Assembly (NCBI GenBank): GCA_964373695.1
Contig: CAYJVT010000002.1
Coordinates: forward strand, 1,020-65,019
Source: an uncultured archaeon
GTDB lineage: Archaea; Aenigmatarchaeota; Aenigmatarchaeia; GW2011-AR5
DNA: 64,000 nt
Reading direction: 5' to 3'
In this document: positions 17,329-27,421 of the stretch, in pieces
Numbering within the stretch: position 1 is the first letter of the stretch
Layout of the letters: every line of letters starts with the position of its first letter
The notes under the pieces: generated by a model
Database searches by the model: none
What the model was told of the DNA's origin: nothing
Seen by the model: only the letters and a program-made list of their open reading frames with translations
Program-made: the position numbers and the translations under genes

Positions 17329-19050
17329 CTACTTCCCGATGCCGCGGTCTTTGCGGAACTTCTTCGGGTTCCGCGCGAGGTCAACGATGTCCTTCTGCAC
17401 ATTATCAATCTCGAGGAAGAGCGAGTCGATGCTGCTCTTGACGGACGGCATGTCTCTCACTGCATCATGCAGAGAGGCGATGCGCTCTTCCATCGCCTTG
17501 ATGCTGTCACTGCTGGCCGCCGCGTTGCGCTGCACGGCGCACAGCATATCGCGAAGGTCGCCGACCTGCTGAGCCAGGGTATCGCAGACCGCCTTCTTCC
17601 CGGCTGGCGCAGCAGGCCCGCCGAGACGCTGCCGGATGCGGGCGTCGATGCGGCTCCGGTCGCCGGGCCAGGTGACTTTCCCAGGCTCGAGGAGACCGAC
17701 CGCCGGAGCTGTCGGGAAGCCTTCCCCGCGGAGGACAACCATGTCGTTGAACTTGATGCCTTCGGGCACAGTGACGATGTACGGCTCGCCCCAGTCATCG
17801 TACTGTACGAGCGGGTATTTGGTCGAGATAGAGGTCGTAGACCTGTAGCCTGCTGTGTAGGCCGTCGGCGGCTTCATGTCGAAAGATGCCGGCAGCTCAA
17901 CCACATCCGCGTAGTCGACCAACCAGAAGGTCACCAGGCCTGCCTTCATGTTCTTGAGGAACTCACGCGCCGGAGCTTCCTCCCTCTTCCGTATCTCGAC
18001 GACAACCTGGTTCTTCCCGCCCGAAAACTCCGGCGCGTCGTACTGCACCCGGAGCTTGGTGATGACCTCGCCGGCGCGCAGCGTGGCGATGTCACGCAGC
18101 ACGCTCTGCCAGAGGAAAGGCTGACCGTCCTGCACGATGACCATATCCTGCCGCTTCGGGATGCGGAACGCCGACGTCCGACGCCTCAGCTCCAGCGGCC
18201 CGCCAGGAGTGTACTCGAGCTCGTCGCCCGGGATGAACATTCCAGCGATATTGCGACACTCCTCCTTTGTTCCTGCGAAGCGCAGCTCCTCTCCTTTCGT
18301 TGTTGTGGGGCGGTACTCGGCCGTCCCGTCTGGATTCACTACAACCTTCTCGCTGGCCAGCACGAAGGTCACGACATTGACTTGTGAAGGACCGGGGTAT
18401 ACTGCAGGCGCCTGGACGGCGGCTTCTGGCTCTTCGTCGTTTGGAGTAACTTTTGGAGTAACTTTTGGAGTAAACCACGTGCCCGGGTTCCACCAGTCGG
18501 CGGCGGCGGGGGAGGCGGCGAAGATGACGGCCAGAACCACCATGCCTTTGAGTAACTCTCTGGCATGGATGATGTGTCCTCTGACGCCGTCCCCTTCGTC
18601 GTCATCGGGTGTAACCCTTGAGATTCCGTCCAATTCTAACATAATCTTCCTGATGTTATTCCGACGGCGCCCGCGCTTGCGCATCATGCAGACGGCGAGT
18701 GGGATGCCGCCGACGAAGAAGATGATGTTGAGGAACAGTACCCAGCCTGCCAATGCATTCATCTTGCTCTCCCTCTTGTTGCGCACGTGCACTTCATCAC
18801 GTGAAGTTGTGGGTGAGGACTGCTTGTTGTGAGTGGGTTCGGCTGTGACAGCGGCCTGATTATGGCCTTCAGGACTGCCGGAAATCACGGCCGCGAAAAC
18901 AGAGGCCACTACCACGAGAACCAGTATTGTGACACCGGCCATGATTGCCGCTCCGAACCAGCTGAGGCCGAGTCTCACGCAGATACGAAGCAGGTACAGA
19001 ACTGCCAGTATCAAAGCCAGTACGGCTACTGCATAGGGGATGATGCTCAT
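17329..19050 (-). CDS. Hypothetical membrane protein with PKVTPKVTP repeat, encoded in a high-GC island
   Basis: 573-aa ORF. N-terminal TM helices, a second TM block (~aa 100–125), a Pro-rich tandem repeat, and a C-terminal coiled-coil. A long antisense ORF also exists because of high GC; minus strand chosen for its TM/coiled-coil organisation. Confidence 0.5.
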   Translation of the reverse strand: MSIIPYAVAVLALILAVLYLLRICVRLGLSWFGAAIMAGVTILVLVVVASVFAAVISGSPEGHNQAAVTAEPTHNKQSSPTTSRDEVHVRNKRESKMNALAGWVLFLNIIFFVGGIPLAVCMMRKRGRRRNNIRKIMLELDGISRVTPDDDEGDGVRGHIIHARELLKGMVVLAVIFAASPAAADWWNPGTWFTPKVTPKVTPNDEEPEAAVQAPAVYPGPSQVNVVTFVLASEKVVVNPDGTAEYRPTTTKGEELRFAGTKEECRNIAGMFIPGDELEYTPGGPLELRRRTSAFRIPKRQDMVIVQDGQPFLWQSVLRDIATLRAGEVITKLRVQYDAPEFSGGKNQVVVEIRKREEAPAREFLKNMKAGLVTFWLVDYADVVELPASFDMKPPTAYTAGYRSTTSISTKYPLVQYDDWGEPYIVTVPEGIKFNDMVVLRGEGFPTAPAVGLLEPGKVTWPGDRSRIDARIRQRLGGPAAPAGKKAVCDTLAQQVGDLRDMLCAVQRNAAASSDSIKAMEERIASLHDAVRDMPSVKSSIDSLFLEIDNVQKDIVDLARNPKKFRKDRGIGK

Positions 19051-19821
19051 CTCTTCTCCTTCCCTTGCGCGTTAAGCTGTTGTAATGGGAGTGGGTGGAT
19101 GTGAACGTTAGCCTTTTTTTCATAGTCTCTCCTTCCGGAAATCGAGGCAGGATTCATCAGGGCTAGCTGTTTCCGGCTTTCATCCATGCGGAGACTTTGG
19201 CTTCCACCGCCCTGATTTTCTCTAAGGCAACCTTCAAGTCTTCCGCGTTTTCGATGCCGGCGGACTTCAGAACGAATATGATGATCGGAATCAACTACAA
19301 TCTGCCCTCGCAGATTGTCCTGAATGACGGGCATCCTCAGACCTGCCGTTGGGGTTGACGTATCTATGCGCGACATCTGTTCATGAATCACACAGCTGCT
19401 GGACGATGCCCTCTTTGCTGCTGCCGCATGCTGCGCATATCGCCATCATCTGTCCTTTCTGCTATGATGTCTTCCGACATCCTTAGATAAAATTAAGTCG
19501 TGTAGAATTCTAGGTTTGGCTACTTTTTTCCTGCCGTGTTTTCCCTCGCCCAGACGGGCGGCTGAAGGAATGCTCCCGTCCTTTTCAGGTGGGGAACATT
19601 CCAAAGGCTGACATGACTCGACAGAAGCGTGTTCTGGATCGATGTCAGACCTGATTTTTTTGTGTATTTGGTTTGAAGGCCGTGAAGCGGATTTTCACCA
19701 CTTAACAGCCGTGACATTTATTTAAAAGACTACCGCAGAAAAGTATTTAAAGGTTTTGTTACTTTTGGGTGGTTTTAAAATCGATATGGCAATGCCGATT
19801 AATTAAAATTCGATTCGGGAT

Positions 19822-20634
19822 TTAAACGCCCATAACGAGGCGCGAGAAATTGCGGAGGCCGGGGCCCAGGCCGAGGACGAGGACTACTATCTTCAGGAAA
19901 GTCCTTTTCTGCACCTCGTTGGAGAGCTCCTTGTCAAGGGCGTACAGCACGAGGGGCACGACGACAAGCTTCAGAATGAACATGGAGGCGGGGCCCAAAA
20001 GGCCTATAATAAAGCCAGGCAGGACGTGCTGCTCAAAGTAGTTTGGAAAGAACTGGAGCGCCACGAAGGTCGTGGTGGCGTCGAACATATGCACGGCAAT
20101 TAGGAATGAATTCTCTTCAGAGAGAAAGTTCCTGATTCTTGCGCTGCCAAGCTTTCTTCCTGCAAAAATCGCTGCTGCCCATGCTGCTGTGATGCCTAGC
20201 ATGGCGTACAATGCAAAGGCGCTTTGCAGCGTCATCTGCGATACTGCAATAATGACAAAAATCATGCCGAGCGAAAACCATATCTTGTAATAAGGCGTTT
20301 TTGTCCATCTTTCCATGAGCTTTGAAAAGAGCAAGGCAGCCAGAGCAATGACAAAAATTGAAATATATATCAATGGAGTTATGAGGAATATGTTCTTGGC
20401 AAGGCCGGCGAATTCGCGGTAATCCTCAAGGGCGCGCAGGAAGCCTCCCAGCATCACGAAGGGCACTATGCTGAAAAAGAACTTCCTGTCTATCTCTATT
20501 CGAAGGCGCCGGAGCAATCTGTAGGTTAAAAACGCCGCCGCTATCAGCAAGACAGCGTACACAGCAGTGTTATAAACATTGTATCCGCTGCCGTTCAGTA
20601 TTGGGTCGACAAAATATTCCTTGAAGAAACCCAT
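19822..20634 (-). CDS. DUF63-family polytopic membrane protein
   Basis: 270 aa, about 7 TM helices. N-terminus MGFFKEYFVDPILNGSGYNVYNT and the FEQHVLPGFIIG motif resemble archaeal DUF63 proteins. Confidence 0.65.
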   Translation of the reverse strand: MGFFKEYFVDPILNGSGYNVYNTAVYAVLLIAAAFLTYRLLRRLRIEIDRKFFFSIVPFVMLGGFLRALEDYREFAGLAKNIFLITPLIYISIFVIALAALLFSKLMERWTKTPYYKIWFSLGMIFVIIAVSQMTLQSAFALYAMLGITAAWAAAIFAGRKLGSARIRNFLSEENSFLIAVHMFDATTTFVALQFFPNYFEQHVLPGFIIGLLGPASMFILKLVVVPLVLYALDKELSNEVQKRTFLKIVVLVLGLGPGLRNFSRLVMGV

Positions 20635-20670
20635 ACTAACTTTAATTATGGGAAAACCTAATAAATCAAT

Positions 20671-21729
20671 ATGAAATCGGCGTATATAGCTGTTCTCTTG
20701 CTCGTTTTTACAGCCGGATGCACCGGACTGTCCGGCGTGTTCGGGGGCGACATACTCAACATAAAGCAGAACCTCATCCAGGAGGGGCAGAAGGACATAA
20801 TCGTCATAAAGGATGTCTCGACGATACCCAAATCCCCCATGCTCCCTGAACAGTCGTTCGTGCTTACGATGCTTCTGGAGAACGTCGACAAGACCGAGGA
20901 CGCCACGAATGTCGTGGTGGACCTCTTCAACGCACCGACCGTGAAAAGCGACAAAGAGGAGTCCCGGGGAAGCGTATGCAATGCCGGAAGCGGAAGCGTA
21001 TGCCTCCCGGACAAGTGCAAGAGTAGTGAAAACGGAAAATGCATTGTCGAGACAACAATGCTTCCTGGAGAACAGATTCCGGTCAATTTCTACCTGAAGA
21101 CGCCAACTGAGGATGAAATAGTAGGCATAGAGACCAAGCCGGCCCTCGACTACAGGGTCACATACGACTTCGAGTCGTCATCGTTATATATAATGCCGTC
21201 AGTCAACCTGGACGAGATAATAAAGAACCAGAGGAGCAACGACAAGGTCAATGTCCAGGTGACGAAGTCCTACGGCACCGGCCCTGTCAGGATTGACATG
21301 GACCTCTTCGGCACGCCGTACATACTTTCGGGACAGTCGGCGACATTCATATTCAAGATAACGAATACAGGAGTGGGCAACGTCATAGGCTCCCAGATAG
21401 ACGCCGGAAATTTTGAGGTAAGCATACCGAAGAGCCTGATAGGAAGCGGCAGCCTTATGCTTCCTGGAGGCGGCGTCTTCGAGTCCGGCCAGTATACGCA
21501 GACGACAGAGAGGTTCTCGTGTAGTGGTGATGAAACGTACGTGACATGCACGAACGCCGACGCCATACAGATGTACAAGGACCAGACGCGCGGCTCGCTG
21601 CGCTTCGAGGTGCAGGGAGTGGCCGACATAAACCAGCCCTTCGTATCGTACGACATAAGGGCGTCTGTGAAATACAGGTACGAGTTGCGCGGCACCCAAG
21701 AGATAACTGTAAAGCCGTTTGAAAGCTGA
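20671..21729 (+). CDS. Secreted lipoprotein, paralog 1 of 4
   Basis: Signal peptide plus lipobox LVFTAGC. Beta-rich. C-terminal YRYE...ITVKP strand motif shared with the downstream paralogs. Confidence 0.7.
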   Translation: MKSAYIAVLLLVFTAGCTGLSGVFGGDILNIKQNLIQEGQKDIIVIKDVSTIPKSPMLPEQSFVLTMLLENVDKTEDATNVVVDLFNAPTVKSDKEESRGSVCNAGSGSVCLPDKCKSSENGKCIVETTMLPGEQIPVNFYLKTPTEDEIVGIETKPALDYRVTYDFESSSLYIMPSVNLDEIIKNQRSNDKVNVQVTKSYGTGPVRIDMDLFGTPYILSGQSATFIFKITNTGVGNVIGSQIDAGNFEVSIPKSLIGSGSLMLPGGGVFESGQYTQTTERFSCSGDETYVTCTNADAIQMYKDQTRGSLRFEVQGVADINQPFVSYDIRASVKYRYELRGTQEITVKPFES

Positions 21730-21734
21730 TTTTT

Positions 21735-22604
21735 ATGAGATATGCAATAATCCTTGCATTCCTGATAGCCGCGAGCGGATGCGTCTCCCAGAGCGCCTCC
21801 TATGGCGGGCTGGTTGTCAGCATGTTCGCTGACCCGCCGCAGGTATTCCAGAACCAGGCCACAACGCTTTTCATCGACATAGACAATAGGGACGTGAAGA
21901 AGGTCAACAATGTCGTCTTCGAGGTGTTTGACACAGGCATCATGCGCATCATGGATGGCACAACCGTTTCGGCATGCAGGAAATCCTTCCCCAAGCTAGT
22001 GCCGAAGGAATTCCAGACTTTCTCATGCAGGCTGGCAGCAGGGAGCGTTGGCGAGACCATTGTCAACAGAATAAGCGCCAAAACCACTTTCAGCGCCGAG
22101 CTGAACGCGGTGCAGCTCATAGAAATGATATCCAGGCAGGAATACGAGAGGAGGAAGGCGGCCGGCACCTTCATCACAGCGCCAAGGAAATATACTTATT
22201 CCGACAGCAACGTGGCGCTTGACATAGAATTCAGCGAGGATATGCCGGTGATAGAAAGGAGCGGAAAGAGGTACTTCATACACATGACCGTCAGGAATAC
22301 AGGGAACGGCTACATAAGGGAGCTGGAGCCCGGTGATTTCATAGTCACCCAGAAAACGTCTGAAAGTTTGCAGATACTTCCAGACATAGAAACCGTGAGT
22401 GTTATCAACACCCAAGCCGACAACCTCGTCAGGTGCGACGACTTCGGGGAGAAGCTTTCACCAATAGGCGACAAGTTCCCCAGAGTGACGTGCGAGTTCG
22501 TGCCTCCCAAAAAAATAGGCGTCATAGGCAATTACCCAATGGAAGTGAAGATAAACTACGATTACGAGACGAGGCAGAATCTCAACATAAGAATAATAAA
22601 ATAA
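21735..22604 (+). CDS. Secreted lipoprotein, paralog 2 of 4
   Basis: Lipobox LIAASGC. Shared C-terminal KINYDYETRQNLNIRI motif. Confidence 0.7.
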   Translation: MRYAIILAFLIAASGCVSQSASYGGLVVSMFADPPQVFQNQATTLFIDIDNRDVKKVNNVVFEVFDTGIMRIMDGTTVSACRKSFPKLVPKEFQTFSCRLAAGSVGETIVNRISAKTTFSAELNAVQLIEMISRQEYERRKAAGTFITAPRKYTYSDSNVALDIEFSEDMPVIERSGKRYFIHMTVRNTGNGYIRELEPGDFIVTQKTSESLQILPDIETVSVINTQADNLVRCDDFGEKLSPIGDKFPRVTCEFVPPKKIGVIGNYPMEVKINYDYETRQNLNIRIIK

Positions 22605-22658
22605 AGCCCAAAAAATCTTTTTAAAGAGGTGTAATCATAACTATAAAGAGGTATAAAA

Positions 22659-23633
22659 ATGAAGATTGGACTTTTCGCCGTTCTTGCTCTTATATTTGTG
22701 GTCGGATGCGTCGGCGGCGGCACGAGGCCGACCACTATCAGCGACACAGAAGGCGTCCGCATCTCGTCATTCACGGCAACGCCCTCTGTAACCGATGTTT
22801 TGTCGGGCGACACAGTCATATTCGATGTCGAGGTTGAGAACATCGGCGGGACAACAGCTTCTGATGTCGAGGTCACCCTGTCCGGCATAGAGAACCAGTG
22901 GAGGACGACCGGCGGCGTCCCGGCACCACAGGTCATAGCAAAGTCATTCTCATCATTGAGACCGCCGCAGGCGGAAAGGAACATAGCCGGCGACTTCCGC
23001 ATCGCGCAATGGGAATACATGACGCCAAGAATACCCGAAGGTCTCAGGACGCCGCTGAACATAGAGTCACGCGTCACTTATAAGTATAATACAAATGGCT
23101 TCCTCCAGCTTACCGCTGTGAACGACGAGGAATTCAGGAGGCAGCAGGTCATAGGCTCCTCGATAGACCCACCTGTAGTGCAGAACAGCGCAGGACCGCT
23201 GAAACTGTCGGTGCCGTCGACTGAGAAAAGCAGCTTCGTGATAGTTGACACAGCCTCGACCGAGCCCGAATTCATATACCCGCTCAAGATAGAATTCAGG
23301 AACGTCGGCGCCGGATTCCCCCTGGGAACTGATTCAACCAACCAGGGCAGGCTGACCGGAACCATAAAGCTTCTCGGGCCTGGCGTGGAGTTTTCCAGCT
23401 GCCTCGGTGTTACGAGCGGCCGCGAAGTCGCCCTCCAGGACAGCGGCGTCAATGACGTCATAGTCAAGCTCAGGGACACCCAGAATGTTCCTATCGTCTG
23501 CAACCTGAAATTTACAAAATCGGAATGGCAAAACACGCCCACCGACAAGGTGAGCCTTGTCTTCAACATAGACTACACGTATTTCACCAAGCAGACTGCC
23601 ACAGTGAACGTTCTGGGAAGAAGAACGGAGTAA
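22659..23633 (+). CDS. Secreted lipoprotein with CARDB-like N-domain, paralog 3 of 4
   Basis: Lipobox IFVVGC. FTATPSVTDVLSGDTVIFDVEVENIGGTTASDVEVTL matches the CARDB pattern. C-terminal NIDYTYFTKQTATVNVLG. Confidence 0.7.
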   Translation: MKIGLFAVLALIFVVGCVGGGTRPTTISDTEGVRISSFTATPSVTDVLSGDTVIFDVEVENIGGTTASDVEVTLSGIENQWRTTGGVPAPQVIAKSFSSLRPPQAERNIAGDFRIAQWEYMTPRIPEGLRTPLNIESRVTYKYNTNGFLQLTAVNDEEFRRQQVIGSSIDPPVVQNSAGPLKLSVPSTEKSSFVIVDTASTEPEFIYPLKIEFRNVGAGFPLGTDSTNQGRLTGTIKLLGPGVEFSSCLGVTSGREVALQDSGVNDVIVKLRDTQNVPIVCNLKFTKSEWQNTPTDKVSLVFNIDYTYFTKQTATVNVLGRRTE

Positions 23634-23685
23634 TTTTTTCTTTTGATTAAAGTATTTTATATACAGAAGTTTCTATAATTATTAC

Positions 23686-24945
23686 ATGAAGGTCTATCTT
23701 CTTATGATTCTCGGCCTTGTGCTCGCGGCCGGGTGCGTTTCGCAGGCGAAGAACCCGAACAACGGTATCATTATAAACGAGTTCACGGCCGACCCGAAGA
23801 TTGCGGAATACGGCGACACCGTGAGATTCTTCCTGGACGGCGAGAACATCGGGGGCACTACGGCCCAGTGCGTGACGACAGAGCTTTACGGGCTTGAGGG
23901 AGGATGGACGGACCTTACAGGACAGCTGTTCGCCATTCCGTATGTAGGGCAGACGATAAACGCCGGGCAGCCAGGCATCACAATAGGCTTCGAGTCGTGG
24001 GGATTCAACATACACAGGGTTAACGACCGGTGGGGAGGCTCCATTTTCTACAACGACCTAAGCGTCGAAGGCGGAAGGAGAATAGTCGCGTCCATTGAAG
24101 GCGGCGACTTCTCGGTCAGCGGCGGCTTTTACAGCATAACGACGGCTATAGACACGTCTTTCAGGAGATTCGCAGCAGATTATTGTACTTACATAGGCGG
24201 AAGGTTCCCTGGCAAGATAAAGTTTGAGCCAGTCCTCTCTCCGCCTCTTCCGGAAAGGAACAAGCCTGGGCAATCTTTCACTGCGGACTGGATTCTGAAG
24301 CCCCCTCTGATACCTGAGGGCCTGTCTGTCGACTATCCTGTAACAGCCAGGACGTCATTCTTCTACACGTCGAACGCGCAGGTTAACATACCAGCTTACA
24401 GCAAGGCCGAATACAAGAGAAGGCAGGACATAGGGGAAGCCGTCGACCAGCCGCTCAATGTCGTCAACACCCATGCGGCCCCGATACAGGTCGGTATAAC
24501 CAGGGGCGCAAGTCCCATGGTTGTCAACACCGACACTACATTTTCGGCCCTGCCGGAAGAGACTTTCAATTATCTCATTGAACTGCGGAACGTAGGACAG
24601 GGATATCCCCTGCCTTTCAGCGACGTGCAGACAACCGTAGGGAACGACATAAGCGTCGAGAGCGGATTTGTCATCGCGACGATGAGCATAGCAGGCCCTG
24701 GCGCGCGTTTCGAGGACTGCCTGGGCCAGAGCGGACAGGAAGTTCTGATAGGCCCTGATATAGTCGCGAACCTGGTGAAGCTGCGCTCCGACGGAAAGGC
24801 CCCCTTCGGATGCAAGGTGGCGATAAACAAGGGCGCATGGCAGACGACGCCCGTCGGCACGGTCAGCATAACGTTCAACATAATGTACAGGTATTATGTG
24901 GACAAGCACGCAACAGTGACCGTGATAGGGCCGTCAAGGTCTTAG
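23686..24945 (+). CDS. Secreted lipoprotein with CARDB-like N-domain, paralog 4 of 4
   Basis: Lipobox LVLAAGC. FTADPKIAEYGDTVRFFLDGENIGGTTAQCV. C-terminus NIMYRYYVDKHATVTVIG is near-identical in pattern to paralog 3. Confidence 0.7.
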   Translation: MKVYLLMILGLVLAAGCVSQAKNPNNGIIINEFTADPKIAEYGDTVRFFLDGENIGGTTAQCVTTELYGLEGGWTDLTGQLFAIPYVGQTINAGQPGITIGFESWGFNIHRVNDRWGGSIFYNDLSVEGGRRIVASIEGGDFSVSGGFYSITTAIDTSFRRFAADYCTYIGGRFPGKIKFEPVLSPPLPERNKPGQSFTADWILKPPLIPEGLSVDYPVTARTSFFYTSNAQVNIPAYSKAEYKRRQDIGEAVDQPLNVVNTHAAPIQVGITRGASPMVVNTDTTFSALPEETFNYLIELRNVGQGYPLPFSDVQTTVGNDISVESGFVIATMSIAGPGARFEDCLGQSGQEVLIGPDIVANLVKLRSDGKAPFGCKVAINKGAWQTTPVGTVSITFNIMYRYYVDKHATVTVIGPSRS

Positions 24946-26154
24946 GAAGCGTGCAAGGCTTTCCTTCTCTTCATCTATCCTGCCGTATACGCCGTCATAT
25001 CCCGGCACTATCTTCAACAAGCCTTCACGGTTGCGCATGATAAGGGACGCGAGCTTCTCGTCACAATATTTTGCAACGTCATCGCGTCCTGCATCAAGAA
25101 GTATGGAGAACTCATTTCCAACCCCACCTGTAAGCCTGTTGTAGACGTCCCACACTTTTTTCGTCTCAATACCGGAATTCACGGAATGAGCAATAAGCTC
25201 GTGGAGAGGCAGCAATCGCTTGAATGGTACAGAACCCTTTAGCTCATGACCTTCTGGCCTGTCGGCAAGCTCTTCGATGCGGCTCAGAACTCCTATTGTC
25301 AGCCTCTTGCCGCATTTCGGGCATAATCCGCCAAGTTTTTTTGTCTCTGACGGAGAGCATGAGAAATTGCAGGACCTGTGACCATCTATATGATATTTCC
25401 CGTATTCCGGCGGCGTTTCCACCGTGAACATGAAATTCTTCCGCGTTCTTATAGATTCTATCACATCGCCGTATGAAAAATCATTCTTCATGTCGAAGAC
25501 GTTTGCCTCCCGGCCAAGACGCCACGGGTAGGGGGAATGCGAGTCGCTGTTGCTGACAAGCGTTATGCCGTCAAGCTGCGACAGCCTCCAGTTCATCGAC
25601 GGGTCGGAGCTCATCCCCGTTTCCAGTGCATGTATATATCTTGTCTGGTCGCCAAAGCATTCTTCGAGGGAATCGTATCCGGATATGGAACCGAAAAGGG
25701 AGAACCACGGCGTCCATGCATGAGCCGGTATTACTTCTATATCCTTGCTTATCTGCATCATGGACTCGGCAAATTCCTGGCAGGAGAAGCCGAAGACGGG
25801 CCTGCCGTCGTAGTCACGCCTGCCTTTCCTGTCCAGCCATTCGTTTATCTGGTCAACGACATCAAACGAGGGCGCGTGCAGAAGGAGATGAACCCTCCTT
25901 TGCTTCCCATTATGGGAATATATGAGCGATATTTCCCCCGTGAGCATGAACTTCATGCCGTCGTAATCGTAGATGCCGCTGCCGTCAAGCGTCTCCTTGA
26001 GCGTTTTAAGCCATATTGGATGCGTCATGTCGCCGGTTCCGACAAGGCCAAGCCCTTTCGTTCTGGACCATTTTGATATCTCGCCTATCGTCATGCTCGG
26101 CGAAGTCGCCCTGGAATATTTCGAGTGTATCTGCAGGTCTGCAATGACTCTCAT
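24934..26154 (-). CDS. endQ: Endonuclease Q (PHP-domain DNA-repair nuclease)
   Basis: N-terminal ADLQIHSKYSRATSPSMT...GLGLVGTGDMTHPIW PHP motif. C4 zinc finger CNFSC...CPKCG. About 406 aa as in Thermococcales EndoQ. Confidence 0.75.
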   Translation of the reverse strand: MRVIADLQIHSKYSRATSPSMTIGEISKWSRTKGLGLVGTGDMTHPIWLKTLKETLDGSGIYDYDGMKFMLTGEISLIYSHNGKQRRVHLLLHAPSFDVVDQINEWLDRKGRRDYDGRPVFGFSCQEFAESMMQISKDIEVIPAHAWTPWFSLFGSISGYDSLEECFGDQTRYIHALETGMSSDPSMNWRLSQLDGITLVSNSDSHSPYPWRLGREANVFDMKNDFSYGDVIESIRTRKNFMFTVETPPEYGKYHIDGHRSCNFSCSPSETKKLGGLCPKCGKRLTIGVLSRIEELADRPEGHELKGSVPFKRLLPLHELIAHSVNSGIETKKVWDVYNRLTGGVGNEFSILLDAGRDDVAKYCDEKLASLIMRNREGLLKIVPGYDGVYGRIDEEKESLARFLRP

Positions 26155-26509
26155 GATATTTTAATGTGCAGAAATTATTAATCACTAATGAGGATATCTT
26201 CAGGGAAAAGGACGTTTTCAGTGAAGGATTGCCGCGGCCTGTCATGTATATGGGGCCTCATGTTTGACGATATGAAGAACATTGACGGCGCACTCGTCCG
26301 CGGCGGCAGCATATGGATGCCTTTCGTGAAGCATGAGCTGGAGCTGTTTTTCCTTGACAGAAACATGATAATATCTAAAATTCAAAAGGCCGTGCCAATG
26401 ACACTGAAGCCAAAAACATGGAAATCGTACTCATGCGCCGGCGCAAAATACTGCCTGGAGATGAGGAAAGGCGCGTGCAAAGCAAAATTAGGGATGAAAA
26501 TCAAGATGA

Positions 26510-26595
26510 TGGGCTCGGCAGGAATTGAACCTGCGGCCTCCTGCGTGTGAAGCAGGCGTCATACCAATGTCCGCGATGCTCTAGACTACAAGCCC
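26510..26595 (-). tRNA. tRNA-Val(CAC) with ~13–14-nt D-loop intron
   Basis: Minus-strand GGGCTTG...CGAGCCC acceptor; anticodon arm CCTGC-TTCACAC-GCAGG; T-arm GCAGG-TTCAATT-CCTGC. D-region is 30 nt instead of 17 (GTC-TAG[AGCATCGCGGACAT]TGGTAT-GAC). Confidence 0.8.
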
Positions 26596-26732
26596 TTAAT
26601 ATTTCTGTCGAGAAATGAATAAAAAATAAGGCAAATCACAATTAAAGCGCATATGAATGGCAAAAATCTTCCGTAAAAATGAAAAAAAATCCCGCGTCAT
26701 GTTTTTATAGTTATCAAGACATTTTTTATTCA

Positions 26733-27200
26733 ATGAATCAGGAAATTATTGACAAATACAGGAAGATGCAGGAAGAATTCAGCCTCCCGCAACTCGACGA
26801 ACTGACGGAAAAGTTCAAGATAGACGTCGAGGAAGACGAGAAGATATTCGACCAGATAAGGAACGATATGTCGGAGAAGCTTTTCATGTTCAGCGAGAGG
26901 ATAATAGAACCGGTGATAGGCGGCCTGGACTCATTTTCATGCATGTTCGAGCAGAACATGATCACTGAAGCCGAGAGACGCGACCTTTTCGAGCTTTACA
27001 AAAAGATACAGATGCTCAAATGGGAAAACAACATACTTCTCATATCGCCAGACGACAAAAAGATAGCGGAATGGATAAAAAAGACGTGGGATTTCTGGAA
27101 CTCCGACATGCAGGAAAAGATGCTCAAGTTCTCCGTCAAAATGTCGTCAGCCTGGGGCGATCTGAAATTCAAGAAGGACAGGTCCATTTACCTTGGGTAA
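26733..27200 (+). CDS. Hypothetical protein
   Basis: Start at internal Met MNQEIIDKYRK of a 173-aa ORF. Acidic, helical. No family recognised. Confidence 0.5.
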   Translation: MNQEIIDKYRKMQEEFSLPQLDELTEKFKIDVEEDEKIFDQIRNDMSEKLFMFSERIIEPVIGGLDSFSCMFEQNMITEAERRDLFELYKKIQMLKWENNILLISPDDKKIAEWIKKTWDFWNSDMQEKMLKFSVKMSSAWGDLKFKKDRSIYLG

Positions 27201-27209
27201 ATTATTAAT

Positions 27210-27368
27210 GGGCCGGATGAGATTTGAACTCACGACTTCAGTCGGCGGAACCTTCCGGATGCCGCCGTCTCCTGTTGGCTTAGAGCAATATTTTGTTCTT
27301 GATGCACGCATGTTTTAACAAAATACGTCATATAAGACAGGTGCTCTACCAGCCTAAGCTACCGGCCC
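27210..27368 (-). tRNA. Intron-containing tRNA (tentatively Ile, anticodon UAU), about 159 nt with two inserts
   Basis: Acceptor GGGCCGG/CCGGCCC; D-arm GCTT-AGGCTGGTA-GAGC; anticodon stem CCTGT...ACAGG enclosing 61 nt (loop CTTATA + ~54-nt intron); T-arm GTGAG-TTCAAAT-CTCAT; discriminator A. A further ~32-nt hairpin insert lies between the anticodon stem and T-stem. Confidence 0.7.
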
Positions 27369-27421
27369 CTTTAAGACACTCTGTAGTCAAATCTTATAAA
27401 CCTTGGCGGAGTTAATCAATT

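Noticed and set aside
17260-18387. 375-aa plus-strand ORF in the GC-rich island
   Set aside because: An artefact of high GC. Arg/Leu/Ala-rich translation without TM or domain logic; the opposite strand gives a coherent membrane/coiled-coil protein. Still uncertain.
19047-19391. 114-aa minus ORF and adjacent ~44-aa stop-bounded coding fragment
   Set aside because: The translation is implausible (Arg/His-rich, no structure). A neighbouring frame gives a protein-like C-terminal fragment without a start codon, probably a gene remnant at the island edge rather than an intact gene.
26188-26550. 120-aa plus ORF
   Set aside because: Overlaps the minus-strand tRNA-Val gene and has no coding features.
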